NCBI GenBank assembly: GCA_976226885.1
Contig: OZ320317.1
Coordinates: 47,120,001 to 47,184,000 of the forward strand
From: Iphione sp. A-MEVVRFRX5
Taxonomy: Eukaryota
Direction of reading: 5' to 3'
Length of the DNA stretch: 64,000 nucleotides
The translations under genes were made by a program, and so were the position numbers. Shown here one piece after another: positions 1 to 13,000 of the stretch. The notes beneath the pieces are model-generated. The model did not search any database, was not told where the DNA came from, and worked only from the letters and a program-made list of their open reading frames with translations. Each line of letters opens with the position of its first letter. Position 1 is the first letter of the stretch.

Positions 1-1065
1 GCAGGCGGCGATTTGGATTATGCACAGTGCAGGCGTTCGTCTTTTGTTCGTCCTTGCCCGTCCTCTAATTGAGACTCTATTGGCACAGCCTAGACACGTC
101 TCCGAGCAGCTCTACATCTCTGCGAGCAGCTCTAGCCTGTTAGTCATTGCTGTTTGTTTTATGAGTCGAGCTGGTGGCTGGCGCCAGGCCACATGGGTGC
201 TTGGGTTGAAGTACCATAAAACTCAGCAAGGTTGTTAATTAAACCGGCTTCCGAGATCTGCCTTACTTACGGTAATACAATAAACCCATTTGGCATAAAT
301 CTTATTTGTGCAGGCCGACTTGCTCTTAAGGATGGCATATTCCATACAAAAGGATGTAACTGCCATATGTAAATATGTACGTCGCCCTCAGATACAACAA
401 GGGGGGGGGGTCGTTGTTCCGTTCATGCAGTCATTCCCCTATCGCTGTGATAACATTTGCAGGTTAAGATGGTAAAGGTTTCCCTCCAAAAGTTTTCATT
501 GTTGGTCCTTCACTCAGGATTTTTTTTAGCAATACACACCGTATTTTCCTTGACAGCCCGCCTCTGTCCGAGTAACTATTTGCTTGTTTGTCCGTCTGCC
601 TATCTCCCTCTCATTTTCTCGTCTGCTTTAGTTTTAGACACATCATATCTGTGCTCCGTTTTCCATCCATTTTTCTAAGACTCCTTCCAATTGACGGATC
701 GCTGACCGTTGAAGTAACGGGTAGCACCGACGTAACTTTTACCAATTGTGACGTTAGAATGATAACTGACCAATCAAATTGCTTCATTTCCAGACATTGT
801 CTGAAAAAATGGTACAAACATACGTAGTAACGGTGTGGCTGTCATGTTGGCGAAAGGTCCATTTCCCAGGTTGAGTAGGGACAACCACAAACAAACACAC
901 TGCCGCACGTGCAGGAGATGGCTGCTCGTGTCCGCGTTTTACCCTCCCTATTATTACTGTCACGGTCGAGCGACAACGACTCGTGTTTGTGCACACGGCC
1001 ACGTGCCGAGCGTTATCACACGGGCGCCACAGTGCGCCCGGCGGCCGTGAGGTGGCGCCCCCGGC

Positions 1066-1081
1066 GGGCGGGCGGGGTGGG
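1066..1081 (+). other. G-quadruplex-forming motif in a GC-rich island
   Basis: GGG-C-GGG-C-GGGG-T-GGG: four G-tracts with 1-nt loops, inside a CpG-rich stretch at about 960-1150. Confidence 0.7.
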
Positions 1082-3007
1082 CGGCGCGACCACCCTTCGG
1101 TCAAAGTCTCGGACACCTGGGCCATCCTCAGCCGAAGGGCACGGGTTGGGAGACAAGGACCTACACTATTAGGTTTGCTCCGGAGGGGCTAATTAGTCCT
1201 TACCTGGACTTACCGCACAGAGGTGGTCGACCGACTTGTCCTTAAAAGATGTATCGAGTTGCGCGTTTGGACTCTGACATCGCAACAGCTCATTCACAAA
1301 GAAATCTGACATTTTAAAGCTCGTGACGACTGCTCAGAATGCGGCACGTCCGGCTCTTCGCATTCATGTTTTCCCTTGCACTACCGTTGCCAAAATGTGT
1401 ACCGTAAACATGCCTGACACCAACCGCATCAAATTTGATATGAAGCAAATCTATCAATATACTAGTCAGCCTATATAGATACGGGACAACTTGAGTTATA
1501 GCATTGTCGTTTTAAATGGATGGAGGGAGCGACGGGACCTGGTTTAACTGACGCCGTCGGCAAAATGCAGTGCCTTCCAGAGGTCGTGAGTGGAATATCT
1601 GGGTGAGGCAGGGATGGGGGATATAACACGCCCCCAGGTACCCTGGTCTCAGCAGGGGGTTGCACACAACAACAGATGGGCCCGCACACTGAACCCTCGC
1701 CCTGCTCGCGTCTAACATCGAGCACCTCCCCCCTTCCCAAGGCCCCGTCTCATACTACATCTTCTCCACCTCCTCCCTTTTCGTCAGGCTGTGCACCTTT
1801 CTCCTCGTCCAGAGATCTCCGTATGTTCTCTTCTCCCTCCCCTTTCATCCCTTCTCTTTCCCGGTTTGTATCACTCTCGGTCTTTGTACACAAACCAGCG
1901 TCGAACTCACACCTGTCCCAGCTTTTGCAAGAGTCTGTCGCGCGACGCTGTAAATCCCCTATTTCTCTACAAACTGTTTCTTCCGCTGTAAATATGGTCG
2001 CTTGACAATGGGTTTCACACAGAATTAACGGTTGTGTCCATATGAATTTTTTTGTTAACATAAGGGATCCTAGCTGTGGGTATTATGTGGAAAGCCCGCC
2101 ACAGACATGTGTACGGCAAATTAGGAAGTTGTCGTCTGTATACCTCAAGCACGCGTACACATACCACCCGACTTTTCTTCCTGGAAGGTGTATCATATTT
2201 GTCCGTGCAGAATAAACGTGGAGTGCAAACAAAAGATTTATTGCCCCACTGGGTCACCCGGAAGTCACCCGCGGTGGCATTAAGTAGGTCAGCGTCGGTA
2301 AGTGGAGGTTTTACGGTGTAAACACGAGTAATGATGCACGCGCACCGAGCGCTGGCACTCACAAAGACACGTCCATTTGCCTGGCTGACATAACCTCATC
2401 CCGCCAGGATTTCGCTGAGAAAATGACAGGAAGCCGCCCGTAAAGTCCACCATGGCCACCACAAGAGGTAAAGTTCACCGTTTTCCATCGGGTGGTGCTC
2501 GGGCTATCGATATTTGGGGAGTGTTGGCCGTAGATTTGCGGCCCTATCGGCGTTATTAGTGCCAGCGCCGACGGGGTTGATACTAACCCCAGCGTACTTG
2601 TCACCCGCGTCTTTGTGTACACGGCTCGCGCGACTCGGAGCCATGTGTTCCGTCTAAAACTCTACTTCTTGTAAGCAGTCAAAAACATGCACATCCCGCC
2701 TTGGAGCTACGATTTAGATTAATTTGACATTCGCATATTTCCTGACCTTGCCGTAGCATTTGTCCCTGGTTTTACCATAGCATCTGTAGTGCTGATACCC
2801 TAAAATGACACATGCTTTTTCTGTTGGTGTCGTGTGAGGCTGCACATAGAGATTCTTAGGATAGAATACTTAAAGGGCACATGTACTAGAAGGTATACCG
2901 TGCAGTTATTGGCAGTCTTCCACAATATCATTTGGAGAACATTTACATGTATATGTATATTTATAAAAACATGCACATAAATATGCACATGTATATATAC
3001 ATACATC

Positions 3008-3033
3008 TATATATATATATATATGTGTGTGTG
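3008..3033. repeat. (TA)n/(TG)n microsatellite
   Basis: tatatatatatatatatgtgtgtgtg read directly. Confidence 0.85.
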
Positions 3034-4506
3034 TATTTGTAATAGAAGCTCAGAACTTGGGACAAACGTGGTTGCCAATGAGGGGTGTGCCCAGTCGTGG
3101 ATTGAACTGAATTGAAAAGAATTTTTATTCTGATCTTCGTCCTAAATAAGGCTTTTCTCGAGGTACAGAATTGCATACAAGAGTGTAATGTACGCATGGT
3201 GGTTTGTGCTTGGTACCACGTACATGTACATGTATAGCCAAAATAAGAAGGTGTTCCAGAGAAACATGTCCCCAGTGGAGCGGTGCTCCCAGTTCTGAAG
3301 TTCTATTTTATGTATTTAGGCTTCTAATAGTCCCATAGGTATCGTCTAGGTCCAGATTTAACCCTTTCCGCCACGAGGTTTCGACAAACTGCCAAAGTGG
3401 CCTCTTCTCTGGCAGCAAAAGGGGGGCCCAATGAGGAAGGGCCCCGACGTGGAGGGGACGTCGCCGTCCCTGTGAGGTCACAGGGCAACGACCCACGACC
3501 CTTAATGGCCCTGTCACTGCCACGATGACTGTGTTTGTGTTTTTAAAACTTTTCCCGGCGCGCCGCTCGGTTGTTACTGCTAAACTGTAGTTATTGCTTA
3601 TAGAGGGTCAAAAATCAAGCTGGGGGTCATTTGGATGATGACATTAAGGCTGAAAGTGGGGCCCTTTTTCAATGCGTTGCCAGTACGGGTGAATTGGGGA
3701 TGGGTACAAGAACGGACCGCTGCCCTTGTGACCGGATATTGACGTAATGTAGAGAGCAATACCATGAGATTTTCCACTGCCAGTTCAGTCTCAATCTGCG
3801 ACCACATCGGAGCCAAAACGGTGGGATTTGCAGCCGGATTCTCAGCTTCAGATCTAGGAGATTTCTCTGTCAGGTCAATCCTGTGGTTTGCACCAACAGT
3901 TGCAAGGGTGAGGTCCATTCATGACGGCGCATGTGCCAGTGACGGGATTAGCTCGCCATGACAACAGTTACCATAGTGACTGACCATGTCGGCCGGGTAT
4001 TCAAGCCCATCGGTAAACTCACAACGAGGGAAAGAAAGAGAGAGATACAGGACTAGGACTATGTATAAGAGGAAGGAAAAGGGCACGAAGTAACCGCGTA
4101 CCTTTTCTTTCTGCTACAACGTCAGCGCTCAAGATCCACAGATCCGGGTCAGTGACCCTTTATCCTATCTGGAATGTGGATCCCCAGTCAAGAAGATCAG
4201 AGCTATCTTATGTAAGAATGCCTCTTCATGATCAGGATTTAAGTTGTACCCTTAGATCGCAGAACCCGATGTGTTTACATCACTGCACGTTCCCACGCTG
4301 ACCCAGGCGTGGAGATTGTGATGATTTATCGTGAATTACGTGGTGGTCCCTCTATTACTACTCAGCCATTTTACGGGTCCATAACACTAGCAAGTCTCCT
4401 TAGATAAGTGAAGTTCTTATATCAACATGCGTCATCTCTCCATACCGTGCACTACAAACATTTACACACAGATTTACGTACTTGGATAAATGTTATCTGT
4501 CTCGAC

Positions 4507-4567
4507 CTAACCACTGTTCTCGTTTCTTTCCAGGTAAGAGATTGATACATCGTCGGGGTTGGTGAGT
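4507..4567 (+). promoter_or_regulatory. Candidate recursive splice site (ratchet point) with 28-nt RS-exon
   Basis: Branch-like CTAAC at 4507-4511, pyrimidine tract, CAG at 4531-4533 directly followed by GTAAGA. Second donor TTG|GTGAGT at 4562. About 60 nt AG-free upstream. Confidence 0.55.
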
Positions 4568-5000
4568 ACCATACTACACATGCATGCGTGGTCACACTGA
4601 ATGGCCAACCAAATGGGTCCTTCATGACTGCGGTTGGGGTCTCAGGAAGAGGCCTATTCATACGGGGTCTGATGTGGCCGTTAACACTGAGTCTACTCTC
4701 TGATGTTTATTTCTCATGCAGCAAATTGGGAAATACGCCTACTTCGCAGAATGTAAACAATTACTGGTTTGGGAAAATGTTCACTGTTCATATGAATTCA
4801 ATGAATCATTAGAAAGTAGGTATAATGTACTTGTGTGTGCGTGTGTGTCGGTTGACAGTGGGTAATTAAGAGTAAGTGGCTATTCATATGTACCCATAGG
4901 AAAAATCCGCTCACAGGTCTGTGTGGCTAGCTACCTTCTGTGGATTCCATATATTAATTACCTCCATGTGTTCACCGTATGTCCCCTAGCATTGCTTCCT

Positions 5001-6262
5001 ATAAAATACGGATCTGTGTGCATGAAAAACCCATCCTGGATGGTTTGGGAGTTCATGCACACAGATCTGTGTGCATAGGCTTGGATACATCTGAATGCAC
5101 CTGTTAAGTCTATAGGAACTGATAAAATGGATCCGTGTGCGGAGCCAAATACAGACACATGTGGGCCCTGCCTTAAAAGCGGTACATTGTATGTGTATCA
5201 TGTAGTGCTTAGAAATTTTGTATAAAAACATTTGATCCAAATATCTATCACCCCTTATCAGGTATCTAGTCTTATACCAAACCGCGAAGATGCAGTTAAA
5301 GTAACTTGACCTTAATCATCAGGCTAGTTTCTGTCCCAGATGTCTATATAAGACATTGTTAAACCCATTCGGCTAATAGGCTGCTGTTAATAAGTAACGA
5401 GCCAGTGATTCTGTTACAAACAAAACAGATTTTGTAGAGTCACAAATAACCAGCGGCACATTGCCACATTGAGCCGGCTCAAGTGCCTAGGCCCTCCATT
5501 TTGAGCAAAGCAGTGAGAAACTGTGTAACCATTCTACAACCGCGATCAAACGCCTTGTGACACTCTGACCTTTCAGGGTTTCATCCCTGGGGTAACATCT
5601 ACTACTGGCGCAAGAGTAGCAACACGACCGCCAAATGGCCAATTTTTTTCCCCGTTCACATGGGACTCGCAGTTACTGACCATTGCTACAACTGATTCAG
5701 TATTGACTCATGGTGGGAGACAGTATGTTACTGCCCCCAAGCTTTCCTGGTAGACACATTTTGGCATTCACAATGGAAGTCCTTGAAGGCATCGTATCCT
5801 CACTGGTCCTATAGGAATACAAGGGTAAAGCGTGAAACTCGCTATCATACCCTGCAGGCTGTCTGCTAACGCAACGTGGCTTTGTCTTCGTTCATTATCT
5901 CTCTCTTAGGCGGTTTTTCCATACATCCGAAAAATCCGCAAGACAGCGGGGTGTCCACGCATGAAATGGACCATCGTGCGTGAGGGTCTTCCCATGTATC
6001 CATAGCCAACACAATAGATGAAACGACCCCTAGGGGAACTCTTTGAGAACTAATATTGGTAGAAAATGATAGTATCACGCACCATGCACACGGATCCGGT
6101 GCCGGGAAGACCGGACAATGTTGGATTTTGACCACACACGCGGATCCGTGTGCGTAATATATGCACACATGGGTATGGTATATTGAAATACAGTGAGATT
6201 GATTACCACGCACTCCCGGCCCCGGATCCGTGTGCATAAAATACGTGTGCATGGAAAGACCG
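5001..6262. mobile_element. Putative non-autonomous element: two clusters of the palindromic motif ATGCACAC-GGATCC-GTGTGCAT
   Basis: Motif variants GGATCYGTGTGC near 5010, 5063, 5129, 6142 and 6224, plus a half-site at 6084. Perfect 22-bp palindrome at 5055-5076. Similar ATAAAATAC...GTGTGCATG..AAA.ACC strings at 5001-5031 and 6236-6261. No TSD or coding capacity seen. Confidence 0.4.
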
Positions 6263-6545
6263 CCTTAGTCTGCCGCGGCTTTTTCAGAGTAGTTCCCTCT
6301 GTATAGCCTTTTATTGGTCTTAAGGCCGTTGGCTATCTTCCATCTTTCTACTTTGATTTTAAGGTATCTGCTTTCGTTGCTACGCGCAGTTTGTGTTAGA
6401 TGAATGATGATTGAGAATGATGCTAACCAACTTAGTTTTTTTGTCCACGGAGGGCAGACCAACAACGACTCAAAGGGGGCCCACTCCTCCTCCCCCATCT
6501 CATTGTCGGATGTAACTGCTCTGACCCTTAGGATAGAAGCCACTG

Positions 6546-6568
6546 TATATATATATATATATATATAT
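6546..6568. repeat. (TA)n microsatellite
   Basis: Uninterrupted TA run of about 23 nt. Confidence 0.9.
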
Positions 6569-7012
6569 GCATGTGTATATACATGTACATGTATTCATAT
6601 AAGTGTAGGCATGTTCAAAAAATTCGTACAGACAGGGCACGGTATATGTCCGGTGGCATCTGATAGTGAGCCTGCTGCTTTCGCTGTAAACCGCGAAGTT
6701 CGGCGAGAGACCTGCAGCTTTAAGGAGGAGTAAACGTAGCAGGAGAAATACATGTAGTGTAATATGTTGGTCTTGGTCATCGGCAGGTCTAATTTGACGG
6801 GTAGAGGATGGTCATTGAAGACCATTCTGGACGGATGCACTCCCGAGCTTAGCTTATCTGGCGGTCACCATCTTAATAAGCAGTCTGCCTCACTCTGCCC
6901 CGGGCCGGGCTTTCGCCAGTCAACGCCAGAGGAGGGACGGTGATGATAATATTGTCACAGGTTGTTGACAGCGCGCCGGAAACATTAACTGAGGACACGT
7001 ATATGTGTGAAA

Positions 7013-7091
7013 CCACGCTCTCCTCATGGCATAATAATTAGGGGGAGAGGAATTCCACGCTCTCCTCATGAAAATTAGTATGGGAGAAATT
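7013..7091. repeat. Degenerate ~42-bp tandem duplication
   Basis: CCACGCTCTCCTCATG at 7013-7028 and 7055-7070, each followed by a similar aattag...ggaga..aatt tail. Confidence 0.8.
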
Positions 7092-10000
7092 CAATTGGCA
7101 GTCGGTTTTCTTATTCACTTTCTGTCCACAAGATACATTCGAGTGTATTTTGCTGGTGTCTCTATTTTGCAGCCTACAGCACCGATCGTCGAGCAATGCA
7201 AAGGGAAACAGTTGCATCGTAGCCTTCAGGGCCAGAAGATGGGGAAGGCCAGTGGCGAAACGACTACGGACAAAAGACCTTACTTGAGCCCTCATTTACC
7301 CTTACGCGGACGCAGATAGCGTCGATATTGTGATAAGGCTTTTATTGAGAGGGCGGCACAATGTGCTGACGGGGAGCCGTGTGTGAAGGGCATGGCCTTT
7401 GTGAAGACCACGATGTTGTTTATAGAGAAGCAGGCCTTGCTGTGGGCAAAGCGGCCGCTGTGCTCGGCCACAGGGCCTCCCCTTCCACTCCGTCTCCGCC
7501 CATGCAGGCCCCTTGACCCCTCCTAGTTTGCTGTACAGCGTGAAGCACCTGTCCAGGTGACGGATGGTCGGGGACCGGCCTCTCCGGGGTCGCTAAATAA
7601 CAGCTGAGCGCCACATAGACAGGCGCTGCTGTCGATTCTGGAACTTTCGCCAAAGGCTTAGTCGCGAGAATAAACAATTGAAACCCAGACCAGAAAGGGC
7701 CCGCTCACAAATTGTTCCCCTTCCTTAGATTTGTCCACTTTTAGAACTCGGGCATCGTGTGTCATCAGTGAAGTACATCCTGAAATAAACACAGTGGGTC
7801 ATACGTTCATAATATTTTATTGTAGAGAACATTTTTTATGTGATACCGCTTTTTTGTTTTAAGGTCCGGGAACCCTGTGTGCGTCAAAAACTTTGGGCAC
7901 GAGTCTCAAATTCAGAACTTAATTTTCCTATGAAATAACCCAGATGTATTGGCAATGCTAAATTGATAATTTTGTAGTACCTTGTAATAAACCGCTACCA
8001 TAGTAGCGAGGATTAAGTTGAAACGGGACGCAACATGCCTCATCGAGAGAAGCCACAGGTTGGTGCTGGACATTGGACCTCTGACCCCGGGTCAAGCGCA
8101 GGGGAATCCCCTTGCAACGTCAGTAACACCTAGCCTTGTCAGCTGGTGTGACCTCAGTCAAACCTTAGAACGGCCGCTGGGAAGCCTTACCTGAACAGCC
8201 CAGGCACAGTAGCCTTAAGTAACTGCTGTCTGGTGCGCAAGTATTGACGTTCGTCCGTATTTACCTATAGAGTTTAGGACAGGGATACCGTCGAGATGGC
8301 CTTGTTGAAGAGACTATTGGTTATCTCGGTGCCAAGAGTTAAAACGCCTGCCGACTCCCACAGCGCCCGCTAATTGACGGGTGATTCACCAAACGACCTC
8401 AGCCTAAGGGGGGGGGGGGGGGCACCAATCTGCATGTGAACCGCACCGTGGGCCCGATGAGGATTGATGTGCAAGTCATGAACGGGGTTCATAAAAGGCG
8501 GGAAAACCCCCGATTTGTCGCGCGATTACCAACTCAATGTAAAGGGATAACGCAGGGCACGATTAGGGGTTTCACGGGTAGCCAAACTCATGGCTGACAC
8601 CGCTGTCTCTCTCTCTTCCCTCTGCCTGACGCAAAACAGATAACTCCGTGTCGCTGTTCACAAAGGATTACTGGTTACATGCGTTTTTGTAGCACTTTTT
8701 TCATCGGGAAACACGCATTTTGCATTATCTCAGGAAGCAGCTTGTTTGGCTGGGGCATTATTCTCGCCCCATAGGTGATGACTCAATAATTTTAAATGCT
8801 TTTGCTGACTAATTTGTCAGTAACACTAGGAGGCATCCCATAACCCCAAGCACCCCCCCCCCACTTTCCACACAGAATAATACTTCCTTCCCCGGCTTTC
8901 TCTGCAACTGTTATGTACGTCACGTACTGGCCATGGTCCATAGATTCAGCAAGTCTCCCGTGTACGCCCGGCGCCTTAAAGTATCGGTCGCACCGTCATC
9001 CTTGTTTGAATTGGGCCTTAATGAACTAAATTGGACCCTTCGCGCAGTGGCGCTCGTTTCTGTCGCTTGCGCCGGGAGAGGCCACTCTTGTTAATTCAAG
9101 CCTGTCCTTGTCGCTCATCAACACACCTCCTGTATGGGCCGGATCCTTGTAAGCGCATGCAGGGACGTTCGACTACATGTATATCTCGCCGCAACTCCCA
9201 TAAACTAGCCGAATGGTACTCCCCGTCTTCAAAGCCAGACTCGAAGCCCTCTAGTCTCACCTCTGCCTCATCCTCCCATATGGGAGCATTGGAGGGGACT
9301 TGGTGATGACAGCAGGCGATGACGTAACCCAGCTTCCTCAAATGACTCACGTGACAGCAGCATGTGACAAAGCTCCTCTTGTCTTAATTGGTTACGACCT
9401 GGGAGCAGCTCCGCCTAACGGTTGGCGCTGCCAGCACGGCCCAGCGCGGCTGACAAAGTGGAGAACACTAACATCAGCCATGGTTTACCTTGCGCCGCAT
9501 TTGACAACGCTTAACCAACATAGGCGATTATTAAGAATGACAGGCTGTCACAGGTTTCTGCACATGTGAGACAAATAGTTTCCTTAACCAGCTAATATGA
9601 TGTGTTTTAGCTCCCAGAATTGAATTCACGGTACTAAGCGAGGGTTGACCTCGACAGCAAGTTTTTGACTTGTCGTAATGGACTATAACAATTATGAGAA
9701 TGTTTTTTTTATTTTGCGTGTTACTACGTCCTGTTTTGCCACAAATGATGATGGCAAAAGAAAATGTCTCTCAATAATAAATTAAATGTATGTCTTTGTC
9801 ATTTTAAAATAATCATAACGAGCAGCATGGTCCCAATCCTTTATATGCAGCGTGTTTGCCTGTGCTACAACTGTTGCCAGTTCGGCTTGGCGCATTTAGA
9901 AAATATCTATTTAATTGATTGCGTTGCACAAACATGTAAACGTATTGTGTTATCAAGAGAGATTTCACGTTAAACCAAAAGTTTTCATGCAGAGTTCACA

Positions 10001-13000
10001 CGTTTGCATGTACATAAATGATAACACAATATGGTGACATATTGCGAATTGGATTTATACTATCATCACGATTAGCATACATTTAATTCCAGTCTAATCC
10101 AGTTGCTCTTTCTTCCACGAACGGGCTATTAATATGAATCACATAGTGAAATCCAATTTTCGGAGGCGTTCGGATAAGAGATTAATATAAATTAGGCATT
10201 AATTGTCCTGCACGTGACGGCAGTGCTATCGATGACGTTCGGCGCTGCAGGTCAGAATCGGCCCCATGTTGATATGAAAGAGAGGGGGGGGGGGACTACC
10301 AATTTAATGGTAGCTATGGCTGGCGCCACTGTGATGTTGCCAGGATAACATGTGCCAACAGTAACCATGTAGATGCCATATTAACACAGTAGATCTGTTG
10401 CCATGACGACTCGGTCAGCCATAACGGAGAGGCGCCATCTGTTCCATAGTAGATGCTTGGGTCCGTGCTGCCGTTAGGTCATCGTTACGGAGCCATAATC
10501 GCAGGATGACCGTAGTTGTACAAACTGTATAATCCCCGCCATACATAGTAGGATTTCGAGCAACTGCTCGTGTTGTGGCAAGCCACCGAAGGACCATTGA
10601 TGGATATACGCGCACACGAAAGAGCATGCTCTCCAAGACAAATTTGGTCAGTGCACTAGCGGTAACTATTGGATTCAGTTTATTGAGTCCCTTTCATAAA
10701 AGACACAGGCATGCACATGTAATTGCCATAATGGAGGCAGAATATGATCAGTTTGATCGAAGTCGGGGAATTCGAACTAAAAGGACTGGACCTCTAGGGA
10801 TCTAAGTTTGAATAAAAGAGGCGCAAGTATTGGCCACGTGGTCTGTCCCCCTAGTAGTAAGCTAAAGTGTCAACAGTTGAGCTGGGTACTTTGTTTACAC
10901 GGAGGCTTAGCGATGGACGGCGGCCTCGTGTTCCTTGTACATTAAGCGCGCTCCCCAGGAGTAGCGGCATTGAACCTTAAAAGAGTGTAAGGCTAATGAG
11001 TGCAACAAAATAGCTCCCACGTCGAGCCAGCCTGGGCCTTTGGTCTTTCGCCATATACTACTCATAATGGGTCATTACGTTGAGGGATTATAATGCCAAT
11101 CGAGTCGGCATATCACAGTTCACACTGAATAGCTGATGATAATCCCAAGAAAAGCAAACTACCGCCTTTATTAGAGGCCAACAGCCTGTAATTGGAGGTC
11201 ATACTATCCCATAGTATTACTAATCGTGCGTATTGACATTAATCCCTTGTTTCTCTGCCCATTTCTTTCGTCGTTTACGAAGATTTTAATAGTTCATAAC
11301 ACGTTGGTGGATACCAATAAGAAAGGCTCGTCCAACGAAATTTTCTGAACGAGCGGCAAAATCTGAAGAGGCTTTCAGCCAATATTGATGAACTAATTAT
11401 GACGCTAATCGAGTGACCGAAACTTGCTGTGACAGCGAAGGAGATTAATGGACCTAAAAGGCTTTTTCCAGCCAAGAAAATAACGTAATTGGATCCAACA
11501 TCAAGCTAGATTTTAATTATTCTTTAATTCAACAGCGCTGTTTCAGTTTGGAGAATAAATTGAGCCATAACCCAGAAAACACAATAAGCATGGTTTACTA
11601 CATGCTTTTTTGTCTCGCGTTACACGGCGGAGGCTTTGGTGACGCTGCCACGCGCAAACCACATGTTAAATTCGAAGCACAAGCGTAAATGACAAATTTC
11701 CAAGCTTACATTTAATACGGCAGGGTTGGCCTGGTGCGGAATATAAACGATGTCGTTAGAGAACCAACACAGACCTCCACTTTGTTAGTAACCATGGTTT
11801 CCTCCACGCCTTGCGCGTGAGGATGTCAACCGTCAACGTGGTTCCATATTTGGCATGGATAACAACTACTTAGATTTGCTTTTTCATTTTGATGGTCTAC
11901 CGTAGGATGATAGAAGAAATAGATATCCCGGTGTGTGACTGACGATGGAGTGAACATCCGGATACAAAAAAGCAGATACCAACAAATTCATCGTTTAAGA
12001 TGTGCACTCTATAACGGACCAAACAAACTTATCTAAAGATCATCTCAGTTTTGACTGTCTAGTGTGGCTAGCGAAACCGTAACTTAACTTTCCCAAACAT
12101 ACATATAACTTCGAGATGCATGATACCCAAGGCAATGCACCATATTTCTATGACCCCCGGGTTTCATAGATAGCGGGCACTTCCACCATTGTTTTAGCCA
12201 TGTGGTCTTCTCCCTACACGGAGCAAACGCCAGGAACAGATCCATGCCCACCCAGTATTGTCCCGTCAGTAGCAGCTGCACGGGGTCGACGGCCGTATTA
12301 TGGCAGCAGCTATGTGAAGGTGGTAGCAGCGCCGAGAGGTGGACGAGAGAAAGGTCTCGCAATGGGAGACTTAAAGAGAAGAACGCTGCCCCTGTAGGTC
12401 CCCGTGACAGCCCACTCTGCTGTCAGTGACGCGTGCGCAAAGGGCCCGTGTTTCGTTGCCAAGACGCCGGGCCTTAGATGACTTCTGCGCATGTCAGCAA
12501 CACAGGGGCTTTATAGGGGCGATATGCCCTAGTACGTACTTCCGGGTCGGGTCATGTGACCTTCCTCTGTGGGATAGACGCGGCGATGGCCAGGGAATTC
12601 CTTGTGAACTGTTGCACCAGCCGAATTCAGCATGCGAACATCGATGGCGCGTTTTATCTGACAGACGTCGAAGTACGCTCGAAAGGTGCATTTTGTTCTA
12701 CCACAGTAATCTCTAAAGGTACATGTGCATGAGTCACAAACTAGCATGATGTGACCCAGGGAAAAGCTGTTAGATCTTTTTTCCAGGACTGGGCGTATAG
12801 TTGGCTTATTAGTATCATAGGGGCTGGTCTGACAAGGGCGCCCTAGGTCTTGTCTACCTTACACTTAGGATCACATAAATCGAATGAGGTGAACGCAGGG
12901 ATGCAAGGAGGGTAGAGATGAGCAGATGTAACTACAAGGAAAGAGGCTCCTACATATAAAAAAAAACATTAAAAACACTAGAGGAACACAGGAAAAAGTC

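Noticed and set aside
2015-2362. Tyrosine-recombinase-like VCVRVLEVY segment (DIRS/Crypton)
   Set aside because: The catalytic R-H-R-Y residues cannot be placed and there is no RT or RNase H nearby.
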